Shown: piece by piece, positions 38,238-47,410 of the stretch
How the letters are laid out: each line of letters starts with the position of its first letter
Position numbering within the stretch: position 1 is the first letter of the stretch
From: Euryarchaeota archaeon UBA58
Lineage (GTDB): Archaea > Thermoplasmatota > Poseidoniia > Poseidoniales > Thalassarchaeaceae
NCBI GenBank assembly: GCA_002498525.1
Contig: DAHR01000005.1
Location: 42,478 to 106,477, forward strand
Direction of reading: 5' to 3'
DNA: 64,000 nt
Made by a program: the position numbers and the translations under genes
The notes under the pieces: model-generated
Seen by the model: the letters and a program-made list of their open reading frames with translations, nothing else
Told to the model about the DNA's origin: nothing
Databases searched by the model: none

Positions 38238-40036
38238 ATCATCGCCTCTGGATATTCCATCAGATGCTTGTGGCCCGACTGGATGGTTGCAGCAAGGGCC
38301 ACCGTCTCTGGATATATGCGCTTGAAGAAGACGCGCGCACTGGCCAGTTTGGCTTGATGGAATTCCGAATCGGGTCGCTGGATGCAGACCCTTGCCATCT
38401 TCGCCCACATATAGGCGAGCATGATGTTTCCGAAGTAGCGGCAGTAGTCGGTGGCGCCGGCTGCGAGGAAGTGAGGGTTACCCATCCCCTGACTGACCAT
38501 CAACAGGGTCAGTTGCTGCAATCCTCTGACCCCTTGATGAAGGGGTTTGTTGAATTCGGCCATCTCAGGGATGTCGCGGTTCTCCTCGATGAATTCCACT
38601 AATGGCCACATCAGGAATCGCAAATTTCTGCCAAGATTCTGGGTGATTTTACGGCCTGCGAGATCGAGGGCCTGAATCCCATTCGTGCCTTCCCAGATCT
38701 TCGAAATTCGAACATCACGATAGAACTGCTCAACACCGAATTCACTGCAATATCCAGCACCACCCATGACTTGCATGCAGGTGCTCGTGGTTTCACAACC
38801 CAGATCGGTGAAATGTGCTTTGACTATCGGGGTGAGCAGAGCGATCAGAGCTTTGGCTCGCTCTTGCACCTTCTCATCCTCGCTGTGCATCTGATCGAGC
38901 AGCATTCCGACCCAGACGCCCAGAGCTCTACAGCCTTCGTTGTTGACCTTCGCAGTCAAGAGCATGCGGCGGACGTCAGGGTGTACGAGGATGTTGTCGG
39001 CTGCTGCTGCTGGATCGCGAACGCCGGCCAGATCGCGGCCTTGTCGACGATCGCGCGCCCAGGCGAGGGAATTCTGGTAAGCAATCTCCCCTAGACCCAA
39101 TCCCATCATTCCGGTGGCGAGGCGCTCGCGATTCATCATCTCGAACATCAGTGGCATCCCATTGTTGAGTTCACCGATCAGCCAGCCGACCGAGTCGTCG
39201 AAATTCATCACACAGGTCGGTGATGCGTGGATTCCCATCTTGTGCTCGATGCCTGAACAGGATATGCCGTTACGGGCATCGGCGAGTTCCTGCGAAAGTC
39301 CCTCGAGTCCTCCAGACTCCCATTCCTTCGGCAGGAACTTCGGAACGAGAAAGAGAGAGATTCCCCTCGTGCCCTCGGGAGCGTCGGGCGTCTTCGCGAT
39401 GACCATGTGAACGATGTTATCGGACAGGTCGTGCTCACCTGCGGTGATGAATATCTTCGTCCCAGTGACGCGGTAAGTTCCGTCATCCTGGGGTATCGCT
39501 TTGGTTCGGATTATCCCCAGATCGGTTCCTGCGTGCGGCTCGGTGAGACACATCGTGCCGCACCAAAGACCGGTCGCGAGATTGGCTGAATAGTGATCGA
39601 TGAGTTCGTTCGTGCCGTGACCGGTGACGAGGTCATAGACTCCCAAGCCGAGCGCGGGGACCACCGAGAGAGCCATATTCGTTGATATCGCGAACTCATC
39701 CATGGCGTTTCGGAAGACATGAGGCAACCCCATGCCGCCGTGTTCGGGCTTGCAGATGGCTGCGTACCAACCGGCTTCGACACCTTCTTTCCAGGCATCG
39801 ACGAAGCCTGTCGGCATGGTGACTTCGCCAGCTTTGAAGGTCAGACCCTCCCTGTCGCCTATTTCGTTGAGGGGGAGAAGAACCTCGGTGCAATACTCAC
39901 CCCAACCCTCCATGATCATGCGAACGAAATCGGCGTCGAATTCTTCATGATCGATTCCCGAAATGCTGTCGTAAACGTCGAAAACCTCGTTAAAGAGAAA
40001 TTCGTATTCGGCGTACGGTGGTGTATATTCGACCAT
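38234..40036 (-). CDS. Acyl-CoA dehydrogenase (long, about 600 aa form)
   Basis: CLTEPHAGTDLG, FITAGEHD, GGAGYCSEFGVEQFYRDVRI. Confidence 0.85.
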   Translation of the reverse strand: MVEYTPPYAEYEFLFNEVFDVYDSISGIDHEEFDADFVRMIMEGWGEYCTEVLLPLNEIGDREGLTFKAGEVTMPTGFVDAWKEGVEAGWYAAICKPEHGGMGLPHVFRNAMDEFAISTNMALSVVPALGLGVYDLVTGHGTNELIDHYSANLATGLWCGTMCLTEPHAGTDLGIIRTKAIPQDDGTYRVTGTKIFITAGEHDLSDNIVHMVIAKTPDAPEGTRGISLFLVPKFLPKEWESGGLEGLSQELADARNGISCSGIEHKMGIHASPTCVMNFDDSVGWLIGELNNGMPLMFEMMNRERLATGMMGLGLGEIAYQNSLAWARDRRQGRDLAGVRDPAAAADNILVHPDVRRMLLTAKVNNEGCRALGVWVGMLLDQMHSEDEKVQERAKALIALLTPIVKAHFTDLGCETTSTCMQVMGGAGYCSEFGVEQFYRDVRISKIWEGTNGIQALDLAGRKITQNLGRNLRFLMWPLVEFIEENRDIPEMAEFNKPLHQGVRGLQQLTLLMVSQGMGNPHFLAAGATDYCRYFGNIMLAYMWAKMARVCIQRPDSEFHQAKLASARVFFKRIYPETVALAATIQSGHKHLMEYPEAMM

Positions 40037-40045
40037 TTATTCACC

Positions 40046-42445
40046 TCAATTCCGCAGTGGTTTCCCTTTGCTCACCATGTGCTCCATTCGTGCCAGACTG
40101 GCTTCGTTTCTGGATAGTTTCGAGATCCCAGCGAGTTCCATCTCAAGGATATCGTCCTCGCTGAGCTCGTCGAGAATGTCCGTCTCACCGCCGCTGAGGA
40201 TATGGGCGAGTTCGCCGGTCACGACGATGTCGTGAGGTGTTGCCTTGCCTGAACGCGCGAGGTCTCTGACAGCCATTTCAAGGGCGGCCTTTCCGGTCGG
40301 TCCGGGAAGGTGGTAGGTGTGTGGTTCTGGGGGTTGGTAGTCGACTGCAAGTTCGAGGAGTCGGGATTTCGCGTCGGCGAGCAAGCGGTCTCGATTCATC
40401 GTGACGCGGTCAGTCGGTCGCAAGAACCCCATCTCACGTGCTTGTTCGGCTGATTTGGCGACTTGGGCGGTTCCAATCATCTCGAAGGCTTTCATCACCG
40501 GCCCCATCGGTCCGCGGCTGGCTATTCCGAAATCACGCAGGCGGGCGAGCATCTCCTTGCAGCCGCCCCAGCCTGGTACGATACCGACGCCGACCTCGAC
40601 AAGTCCGATGTAGGATTCTGAATGGGCTTGGACGGCGTCGCAGTGCAGGAGGATCTCACAGCCGCCGCCGACACAGATGCCTGTTGAGGCGGCTACGACT
40701 GGAACTTCGGCGTACTTGAGCGCTTGATAGGCCTCTTGGCCGAGAGCGATGAAATCCTCAACCTCCTTCCATGCGGCGAGGTTGGCGGCGAAGAGGGCGA
40801 GGCCGAGATTGGCGCCGGCGCTGAAATTCTTGGCATCGTTGGCGACCAGAATTCCTTTCCAACCAGCCATTTCAGCGAGGTCGACCGCTTCGAGGATGAT
40901 TTCCAGAATCATCGGGTCCATGGCATTCATCTTCGAGTGGTATTCGATGAGCAGTACCCCATCTCCAGCGTCCCAGAGACTTGCTGAAGGGTTACGGGAG
41001 ATCGCTTTGCCACGCCGCTTGAGATCTGCCACCGTCAGCGTCGAGGCTGGTCGAATTACCTGTACCGATTCTCCTTCGGGAGTAAGTCGGTGGATTTCAC
41101 CGTCCTCGATATGATAGAATCCTCCTTCCTTCGCTGCGAGGGCGAGGAACGGTGGTATCTGTGTGCCTCGAGCTTCTAATCGCGCCACGACATCGACCGC
41201 TCCAAGTGAATCGATGATCTCGAATGGGCCGCGCTTCCAACTGTAGCCTACCTTCATCGCGCCATCGATGGCGGTGATATCATCGCTGACCTCAGGTACC
41301 AGATAGGCTGCGTAGGCGAGGGTGTCGAGTAGCACATCGGCGACGAATGCGGCGCCGGCATCGTGGTGGTCGAGCAAGCGGTCGAGGCCTTGTTTTGCCA
41401 TCTTGGCTGAGGCGAATGCAGCCTTGCGATTGGCTTTCTGGTATTCGCCAGTATTGAGATTACGAGCCTCTTTGACCCGTCCACCGTCGTCGGTATTGAG
41501 TCGGTAGAATCCACCCTTGCCCTTGCGGCCAGTGTAGCCCTCCTCGATCATCGCCCGGATGACGTCGTCGCCTGCACCAGCTATCGAATGGAATGGGTCG
41601 TCTGGTTGCAGGTGTGCGAGCATGCTCTCCATGACATGAGGGATGAGATCGATTCCAACAAGATCCATCAGACCGAAGACAGCCGTCTTGGGCAGGCCAA
41701 TCGGACGGCCGAGCATGGCATCTGCCTGCTCGACGCTGAAGCCATGATCCAGCGTAGCCACAATAGCTCGTTGCACGAAATACACACCGAGTCTGTTGCC
41801 GATGAAACCCGGCGTGTCATTACACATCGTCACCCGCTTGCCAAGACCCAGGTCGGCGAATTCAGTGAAGCGGTTCAGCACATCATCGTCGACCTCGGGA
41901 CCTGCTACGACTTCGAGCAAGGGGAGATAGCGAGGTGGGTTGAAGAAGTGGGTGATGAGGAATCGACTTGCGATGTCGTGAGGCATTCCGTGAGTCAGGG
42001 CCGAGCGCGGCAGCGTTGAGGTGTTCGAGGAGAGAATCGTCCTGGCTCCAAGATGTTCGGCGAGGTTCACGTAGAGATTCCTTTTGATTTCGAGGTTCTC
42101 GATGATGACTTCCACCACCCAATCGAATTCCTTCAGTCGAGGCAGGTCATCTTCGATGTTTCCAGCTGAAATGCGCTCGACTGAGTCCTTGTGCATCAGC
42201 ATCTCAGGATTTGATTTCAGCATTCTATAGATTGCTCCAGAAGCCAGTTCGTCGCGATTCTCAGCACCTTTCGGGACGATGTCCAGCAGTAGAACCTCAC
42301 ATCCTGCGTTGGCGCAATGAGCTGCGATCCCAGCGCCCATCACTCCACTGCCGATTACCGCGACTCTCTCGATGCCCATCTTCTTCGATTCAGCAACGGC
42401 TGTCGCCGACTCGTCATTCTCAGAATCGACGGTTCGCTGAGCCAT
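40046..42445 (-). CDS. Bifunctional 3-hydroxyacyl-CoA dehydrogenase / enoyl-CoA hydratase (FadN-like domain order)
   Basis: N-terminal Rossmann VAVIGSGVMGAGIA plus HFFNPP. C-terminal crotonase ANDAKNFSAGANL...GICVGGGCEI. Start at MAQRTVD (42445), with GGAGGA 8 nt upstream. Confidence 0.85.
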   Translation of the reverse strand: MAQRTVDSENDESATAVAESKKMGIERVAVIGSGVMGAGIAAHCANAGCEVLLLDIVPKGAENRDELASGAIYRMLKSNPEMLMHKDSVERISAGNIEDDLPRLKEFDWVVEVIIENLEIKRNLYVNLAEHLGARTILSSNTSTLPRSALTHGMPHDIASRFLITHFFNPPRYLPLLEVVAGPEVDDDVLNRFTEFADLGLGKRVTMCNDTPGFIGNRLGVYFVQRAIVATLDHGFSVEQADAMLGRPIGLPKTAVFGLMDLVGIDLIPHVMESMLAHLQPDDPFHSIAGAGDDVIRAMIEEGYTGRKGKGGFYRLNTDDGGRVKEARNLNTGEYQKANRKAAFASAKMAKQGLDRLLDHHDAGAAFVADVLLDTLAYAAYLVPEVSDDITAIDGAMKVGYSWKRGPFEIIDSLGAVDVVARLEARGTQIPPFLALAAKEGGFYHIEDGEIHRLTPEGESVQVIRPASTLTVADLKRRGKAISRNPSASLWDAGDGVLLIEYHSKMNAMDPMILEIILEAVDLAEMAGWKGILVANDAKNFSAGANLGLALFAANLAAWKEVEDFIALGQEAYQALKYAEVPVVAASTGICVGGGCEILLHCDAVQAHSESYIGLVEVGVGIVPGWGGCKEMLARLRDFGIASRGPMGPVMKAFEMIGTAQVAKSAEQAREMGFLRPTDRVTMNRDRLLADAKSRLLELAVDYQPPEPHTYHLPGPTGKAALEMAVRDLARSGKATPHDIVVTGELAHILSGGETDILDELSEDDILEMELAGISKLSRNEASLARMEHMVSKGKPLRN

Positions 42446-42458
42446 TGGCAATCCTCCT

Positions 42459-43595
42459 TCAATCGATCCTCTCGAGAATCGTCGCGATGCCTTGACCACC
42501 GCCCACACACATGGTCGCCAAAGCTCGCTTGGCTCCACTGCGCTGGAGTAAAGAGGCGGCTTTTCCCGTGATTCGAGCACCGCTCGCCCCCAATGGATGT
42601 CCCAGAGCGATGGCTCCTCCGTCGATGTTGACCTTGGATTGGTCCAAACCCAATTCCTCGATGACTGCGAGTGATTGGGCTGCGAAGGCTTCGTTGAGTT
42701 CGATGATGTCAATGTCATCGAGGGTCAGTCCGGCCCGCTCGAGGGCTTTGTTGGTCGCTTCGACGGGGCCGATGCCCATGATTTCGGGGGCGCAGCCGGA
42801 GACTGCCGTTGTGACGATGCGCGCTAGAGGTCTCAGCCCATGCTGCTTGGCGAATTCATCGCTGCAGACGAGGACGAAGGCTGCGCCATCGGTGAGTGGC
42901 GAAGCGGTGCCCGCTGTGACTGAGCCTGTTGAATCGAAGGCTGGTTTGAGTCCGGCTAGAGTCTCAGCATCGGTGTCGGGGCGGATGCAGCCGTCAGCAT
43001 CGACGATGCCGTCTGAAGTTTCGATCGGCACTATCTCCTCTGAGAACGAACCGCCCTCGCGCGCAGCGCTCGCGCGCGCTTGGCTTTCGATTGCGAAAGC
43101 CTCCTGGGCTTCGCGATTAATCTCATATTTCACCGCCAGATTCTCAGCTGTGATTCCCATCGAAATCAGCGCCTCCGGCGCTTCTTCGGCCAACTTCGGG
43201 TTCGGCATCGGATTGAATCCGGTCATTGGAATCCGACTCATCGACTCGATGCCACCAGCGATGAAGGCCTCACCAGCCCCCATCGCAATCCGGCCAGCCG
43301 CATCGTGAATCGCCTGCATGCTCGAGCCGCAGAATCGATTGATTGTGACTCCCGGGACGGTTTCGGGTAATTCGGTCAGGAAGGTGATCATTCGAGCCAT
43401 ATTGAAGCCCTGTTCAGCCTCGGGAAACGCGGTCCCGACAATAATGTCCTCAACCAGAGCAGGGTCGATATCCAACTTCTGGAGAAGTCCGTTGACGACC
43501 GTTGCGGCGATGTCGTCAGGCCGTGTTCGGGCGAGTGCACCCCTGCCTGCGGGGGTGAAAGGCGAGCGTGCGTATCCAGCGATGACCGTACTCAT
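42459..43595 (-). CDS. Acetyl-CoA C-acyltransferase (thiolase)
   Basis: NRFCGSSMQA, NEAFAAQ, GGAIALGHPLGASGARI, CVGGGQG. Start at MSTVIAGYARSPF. Confidence 0.85.
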   Translation of the reverse strand: MSTVIAGYARSPFTPAGRGALARTRPDDIAATVVNGLLQKLDIDPALVEDIIVGTAFPEAEQGFNMARMITFLTELPETVPGVTINRFCGSSMQAIHDAAGRIAMGAGEAFIAGGIESMSRIPMTGFNPMPNPKLAEEAPEALISMGITAENLAVKYEINREAQEAFAIESQARASAAREGGSFSEEIVPIETSDGIVDADGCIRPDTDAETLAGLKPAFDSTGSVTAGTASPLTDGAAFVLVCSDEFAKQHGLRPLARIVTTAVSGCAPEIMGIGPVEATNKALERAGLTLDDIDIIELNEAFAAQSLAVIEELGLDQSKVNIDGGAIALGHPLGASGARITGKAASLLQRSGAKRALATMCVGGGQGIATILERID

Positions 43596-43617
43596 GCAGT
43601 CAATCAACACCCCGTGC

Positions 43618-43648
43618 AATAATTAAACCGTGAAGTGATAATAATCAC
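43618..43648 (-). promoter_or_regulatory. Candidate archaeal promoter of the beta-oxidation operon: TATA-like TTTAATTATT, with the adjacent near-palindrome GTGATTATTATCAC as a candidate operator
   Basis: The A/T box sits 23-32 nt upstream of the thiolase ATG (consistent with leaderless initiation). The inverted repeat GTGAT-n4-ATCAC lies immediately upstream of the BRE position. Confidence 0.4.
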
Positions 43649-43837
43649 AACAACTTCCGTTTGAAGCAGCCAGTGCATTTCATCACACCGCTGCAATGCA
43701 ACGATTTGTTGTGAATGCATGGTGATTTACTTCCACATTCCGGAAACCGGCAAGATGCCGCCGTTTGCCGTTGGAATCATGCGCTGGAACCGTACCTTGA
43801 TGGTCATATGCCCCTCCTCCCTCACTGAGGTGATGTT

Positions 43838-44170
43838 TTGTCAGAGGATACAATAGGGCGCGTCGACCGATATTTCCGCAAAGTCGGTGTCGCGGCTCTC
43901 GAATTACAAGGGCCACTTTCAGTGGGTGATAGAATCAGGATAGTAGGTGCGACGACGGATCTTGAGATCGTCGTCGAATCGATGCAGATCGACTTGAAAC
44001 CGGTCGAGGAGGCGGGTACCGGCGATGATATTGGAATCAAGGTCCCCGAGAGGGTGCGACCCAATGATCGGGTCATTCGCTTGGCAGCCGAATCCGGTGG
44101 CATCGATCTGCGAATCGTTCTGGGTATTGCGGCGGCGCTCGTCGCCGCCTATCTGTTGCTGGGCTTGTAG
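43838..44170 (+). CDS. Small beta-barrel protein (EF-Tu domain-2-like fold suspected) with a C-terminal TM helix
   Basis: 110 aa with a TTG start preceded by GAGGTGA. VGDRIRIVGATTDLEIVVESMQIDLKPVEEAGTGDDIGIKV resembles translation-factor beta-barrel domains. C-terminal IVLGIAAALVAAYLLLGL. Confidence 0.4.
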   Translation: MSEDTIGRVDRYFRKVGVAALELQGPLSVGDRIRIVGATTDLEIVVESMQIDLKPVEEAGTGDDIGIKVPERVRPNDRVIRLAAESGGIDLRIVLGIAAALVAAYLLLGL

Positions 44171-44200
44171 GGCTAAACGAACGAGTCGGGCGGACCGAAC

Positions 44201-45532
44201 TCAGTAGCGGGTCTGGTGTTTGCGTTGTTTACGGCTTTGGCCACGGCCTGAACGCCGGCCATTGCGTGCACCATTGGACTGCTGATTTGATTTGCCATTC
44301 GAGCGGTTGCCATTGGATTTGCCATTGCGAGGCTGGCGGCGGCCACGGCCACGATTCTGCTGCTTCTTGGGCGCCTTGTTGCCCTTGCATGACCGAGCCT
44401 TTTCGGAGTGGAAAGGTTGGTCCTCATCAACAGGGATGTCCTGACGAATCGTCTTCTCGATGCCACGCAGATACTCACCTTCGTTCTCATCGCAGAAAGC
44501 AATGGCGATTCCCCCTTGACCTGCACGTCCCGTGCGTCCAATGCGGTGCACATAGACATCAGGCTCGTTGGGTAGATCCAGATTGATGACGTGGCTGATG
44601 TCGGAGACATCGATGCCGCGGCTCGCTACGTCGGTGGCGACTAGTACCTGAAGGGTACCGTTGCGGAAACGACCGAGGGCCTTCTCACGCGCTCCCTGAC
44701 TCTTGTTTCCGTGGATAGCGAGGGCATCGATACCGTCTTGTCCGAGCTGCTTGACAATGCGATTGCAACCGTGCTTGGTGCGACTGAATACGAGCACCTT
44801 CTCGGGGCTCTCCTCCTCGATAATGTAGGTCAAGAGGCCACGCTTGTCGCCCTTCATGACGAACATCAGTGATTGTTCAATAGCTTCGACGGTGGCCGAT
44901 TCAGGTGTGATTGAGACGCTTACCGGGTCGTAGAGCATATCACGGGACAATTCAACAATCGAGCGCGGCATGGTGGCACTGAACAGCAGACTCTGGCGAT
45001 CCTCTGGAATTTGTGCGAGAATTTTGCGGATGTCCCGGATGAAACCCATGTCGAGCATTCGATCCGCCTCATCGAGAACGAGGAATTGCACGTGGGACAA
45101 GTCAACGTATCCCTGAGAGATGAGGTCAAGCAAGCGACCGGGAGTGGCGACCAGGATGTCAACGCCGCGGCGTAATTTGTTCACCTGTGGACGCTGCGAT
45201 ACTCCTCCAAACATGACCATCGAACGGATGTCGAGGTGTCGAGCGTATTGCTTGATATTGTCGTTAATCTGGGATGCGAGCTCGCGCGTCGGACATAGTA
45301 TCAAAGCGTGGATGTGGCGTAAGCCCGCCTGCGGATCTTCGGCCATCGCATCGAGGATTGGTAAGGCGAAAGCGGCGGTCTTTCCCGTGCCCGTCTGGGC
45401 GCAACCAACCATGTCCCGGCCTACAATGAGGTCGGGGATGGCTTGGGCTTGAATCGGTGTTGGCGTGACGTAACCAATCTCGTCGAGGGCATCCAGCAGT
45501 GGCTGGCAGAGATTCAGAGAAGCGAAATCCAT
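44201..45532 (-). CDS. DEAD-box ATP-dependent RNA helicase with an R/G/N-rich C-terminal tail
   Basis: Q-motif TPTPIQAQAIP, motif I AQTGTGKT, DEAD (VLDEADRMLDMGF), SAT, HRIGRTGRAG. Confidence 0.85.
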   Translation of the reverse strand: MDFASLNLCQPLLDALDEIGYVTPTPIQAQAIPDLIVGRDMVGCAQTGTGKTAAFALPILDAMAEDPQAGLRHIHALILCPTRELASQINDNIKQYARHLDIRSMVMFGGVSQRPQVNKLRRGVDILVATPGRLLDLISQGYVDLSHVQFLVLDEADRMLDMGFIRDIRKILAQIPEDRQSLLFSATMPRSIVELSRDMLYDPVSVSITPESATVEAIEQSLMFVMKGDKRGLLTYIIEEESPEKVLVFSRTKHGCNRIVKQLGQDGIDALAIHGNKSQGAREKALGRFRNGTLQVLVATDVASRGIDVSDISHVINLDLPNEPDVYVHRIGRTGRAGQGGIAIAFCDENEGEYLRGIEKTIRQDIPVDEDQPFHSEKARSCKGNKAPKKQQNRGRGRRQPRNGKSNGNRSNGKSNQQSNGARNGRRSGRGQSRKQRKHQTRY

Positions 45533-45537
45533 GCGAA

Positions 45538-46803
45538 TCACTCCATATGTGCTATGATTGCAGCACCGAACTCACTGCACTTGAGCAGGGTCGCATCGTC
45601 CATCTGGCGTTCGAAGTCGTAGGTCACGGTCTTGGCCAAAATCGTACCTTCCATTCCCTTGACGATGAGGTCGGCGGCCTCTGTCCAGCCCATGTGTCGG
45701 AGCATCATCTCCGCCGACAGAATCAGGCTGCCAGGGTTGACCTTGTCTTGGCCTGCATACTTCGGGGCCGTTCCGTGTGTTGCTTCGAAAATTGAAATCC
45801 CGGTGTCGTAATTGATATTCGCGCCAGGCGCGATTCCGATTCCGCCAACCTGAGCCGCGAGCGCGTCGGAGATGTAATCGCCATTGAGATTCGTCGTCGT
45901 CAATACATCATATTCGCGCGGGCGCGTGAGAATCTGTTGCAACATCGCGTCGGCGATGACATCCTTGACGGTGATTGTATTGCCAGTCTCTGGATTCTCA
46001 AAAGTACACCAGGGGCCACCGTCGAGTTCGACTGCGCCGAATTCGTCTTTGGCGAGTTGGTAAGCCCAATCGCGGAATCCGCCCTCGGTGAATTTCATGA
46101 TGTTGCCTTTGTGAACTAGAGTCACCGAATCCTTGTCATTGTCAATCGCGTACCGAAGAGCTGCACGGACGATTCTTGCAGTTCCCTCTTGGCTTATCGG
46201 TTTGATTCCGATGCCGCTGGTCGCTGGGAACCTGATCTTCTCGACACCCATCTCATTCTGCAGGAAATCTATCACCTTCTGCACTTCTGCGCTCCCCGCC
46301 TCCCATTCGATTCCTGCGTAGACATCCTCGGTGTTCTCGCGGAAGATAATCATGTCAACCGCACCAGGGTCGCGCACAGGACTTGGAGTTCCTTCGTACC
46401 AACGAATTGGCCGGACACATGCGAAGAGGTCGAGTTGTTGTCGCAGGGCAACGTTCAGTGAACGGATTCCGCCGCCGACGGGGGTAGTGAGTGGGCCTTT
46501 GATCGAGACCAATCCGATCCGCATCGCTTCCAGCGTCTCGGCTGGCATCCACTCGCCGGTCGCATCGAATGCCTTCTGACCGGCTAGGACCTCATTCCAG
46601 TGGATTCGACGAGTGCCGCCATAAGCGCGCTCGATAGCAGCGTCGACAACTTCGATCATCACAGGAGTGATATCGACGCCGATTCCATCCCCCTCGATGT
46701 AGTGGACGATGGGGTCATCGGGCACGCTCAGGCGGCCTTCCACCATCGATACTCGGGTACCCTCGACCATGTCTCTCAGCGCGCCGACCAACCCCCCCTT
46801 CAT
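45538..46803 (-). CDS. icd: Isocitrate dehydrogenase (NADP+), prokaryotic homodimeric type
   Basis: [55 protein letters not shown]. Start uncertain: Met at 46803, 46770 or 46746; the track ORF runs to 46965. Confidence 0.85.
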   Translation of the reverse strand: MKGGLVGALRDMVEGTRVSMVEGRLSVPDDPIVHYIEGDGIGVDITPVMIEVVDAAIERAYGGTRRIHWNEVLAGQKAFDATGEWMPAETLEAMRIGLVSIKGPLTTPVGGGIRSLNVALRQQLDLFACVRPIRWYEGTPSPVRDPGAVDMIIFRENTEDVYAGIEWEAGSAEVQKVIDFLQNEMGVEKIRFPATSGIGIKPISQEGTARIVRAALRYAIDNDKDSVTLVHKGNIMKFTEGGFRDWAYQLAKDEFGAVELDGGPWCTFENPETGNTITVKDVIADAMLQQILTRPREYDVLTTTNLNGDYISDALAAQVGGIGIAPGANINYDTGISIFEATHGTAPKYAGQDKVNPGSLILSAEMMLRHMGWTEAADLIVKGMEGTILAKTVTYDFERQMDDATLLKCSEFGAAIIAHME

Positions 46804-46842
46804 GAAGCCGACCCCCTTAGCATACGACGTAGAGGGGCGAGT

Positions 46843-47235
46843 ATGAAGGGCGTAGTGCGGTGGACTGGTGGCGAAGAGATCGAAGGTATCGCAGAAACCG
46901 GAATCATCACTCCGATGCATGGAGAGGTATCTGCGAGTCCGATGCAGATCGTTCTGCAGGCGCATGGTGCATGTTCTCTCGTCGATATCATCGGCGGACT
47001 CAAGCAGAGGATGGCCAATGTCAGAGCGATGTGGATAGAACTGGATTCTGAGCGACGCGAAGAACCGCCCCGTTCATTCACTGCAGTTCGGATGCGATAC
47101 ATCATCGAGGGCGACGTCCCAGAGAAATTGGTCCGTCGGTTGATTGAACAGAGTCATGCGAAGTATTGTTCGGTCGGAGCTATGATTTCGGGGTCGGGCG
47201 CCAGTGTGGAATGGGAACTGGAAATCAGACCGTGA
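46843..47235 (+). CDS. OsmC/Ohr-family peroxiredoxin-like protein
   Basis: About 130 aa with [31 protein letters not shown] ... [12 protein letters not shown] and two conserved Cys. Confidence 0.6.
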   Translation: MKGVVRWTGGEEIEGIAETGIITPMHGEVSASPMQIVLQAHGACSLVDIIGGLKQRMANVRAMWIELDSERREEPPRSFTAVRMRYIIEGDVPEKLVRRLIEQSHAKYCSVGAMISGSGASVEWELEIRP

Positions 47236-47410
47236 CCTGTATTATTTAACCGATGATGATGACTCGGATTTCTCAAATCCCGAAGTAAATCCCCTCTCGG
47301 AGAGATGGTATCAAACTCAATTATTAAACACCCTCCATCAGCACAGAAGAATCCTTCGCGCGAAGGAAGCAGTAGAATCGAGACGGGTAATTGATTCAGA
47401 GGTGAATAGA

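Noticed and set aside
43683-43916. 77-aa minus-strand ORF in the thiolase/small-barrel-gene spacer
   Set aside because: Overlaps the promoter region and the start of the plus-strand gene at 43838. There is no coding signature. The shorter 26-codon ORF with an SD in another frame is reported separately as a low-interest finding.
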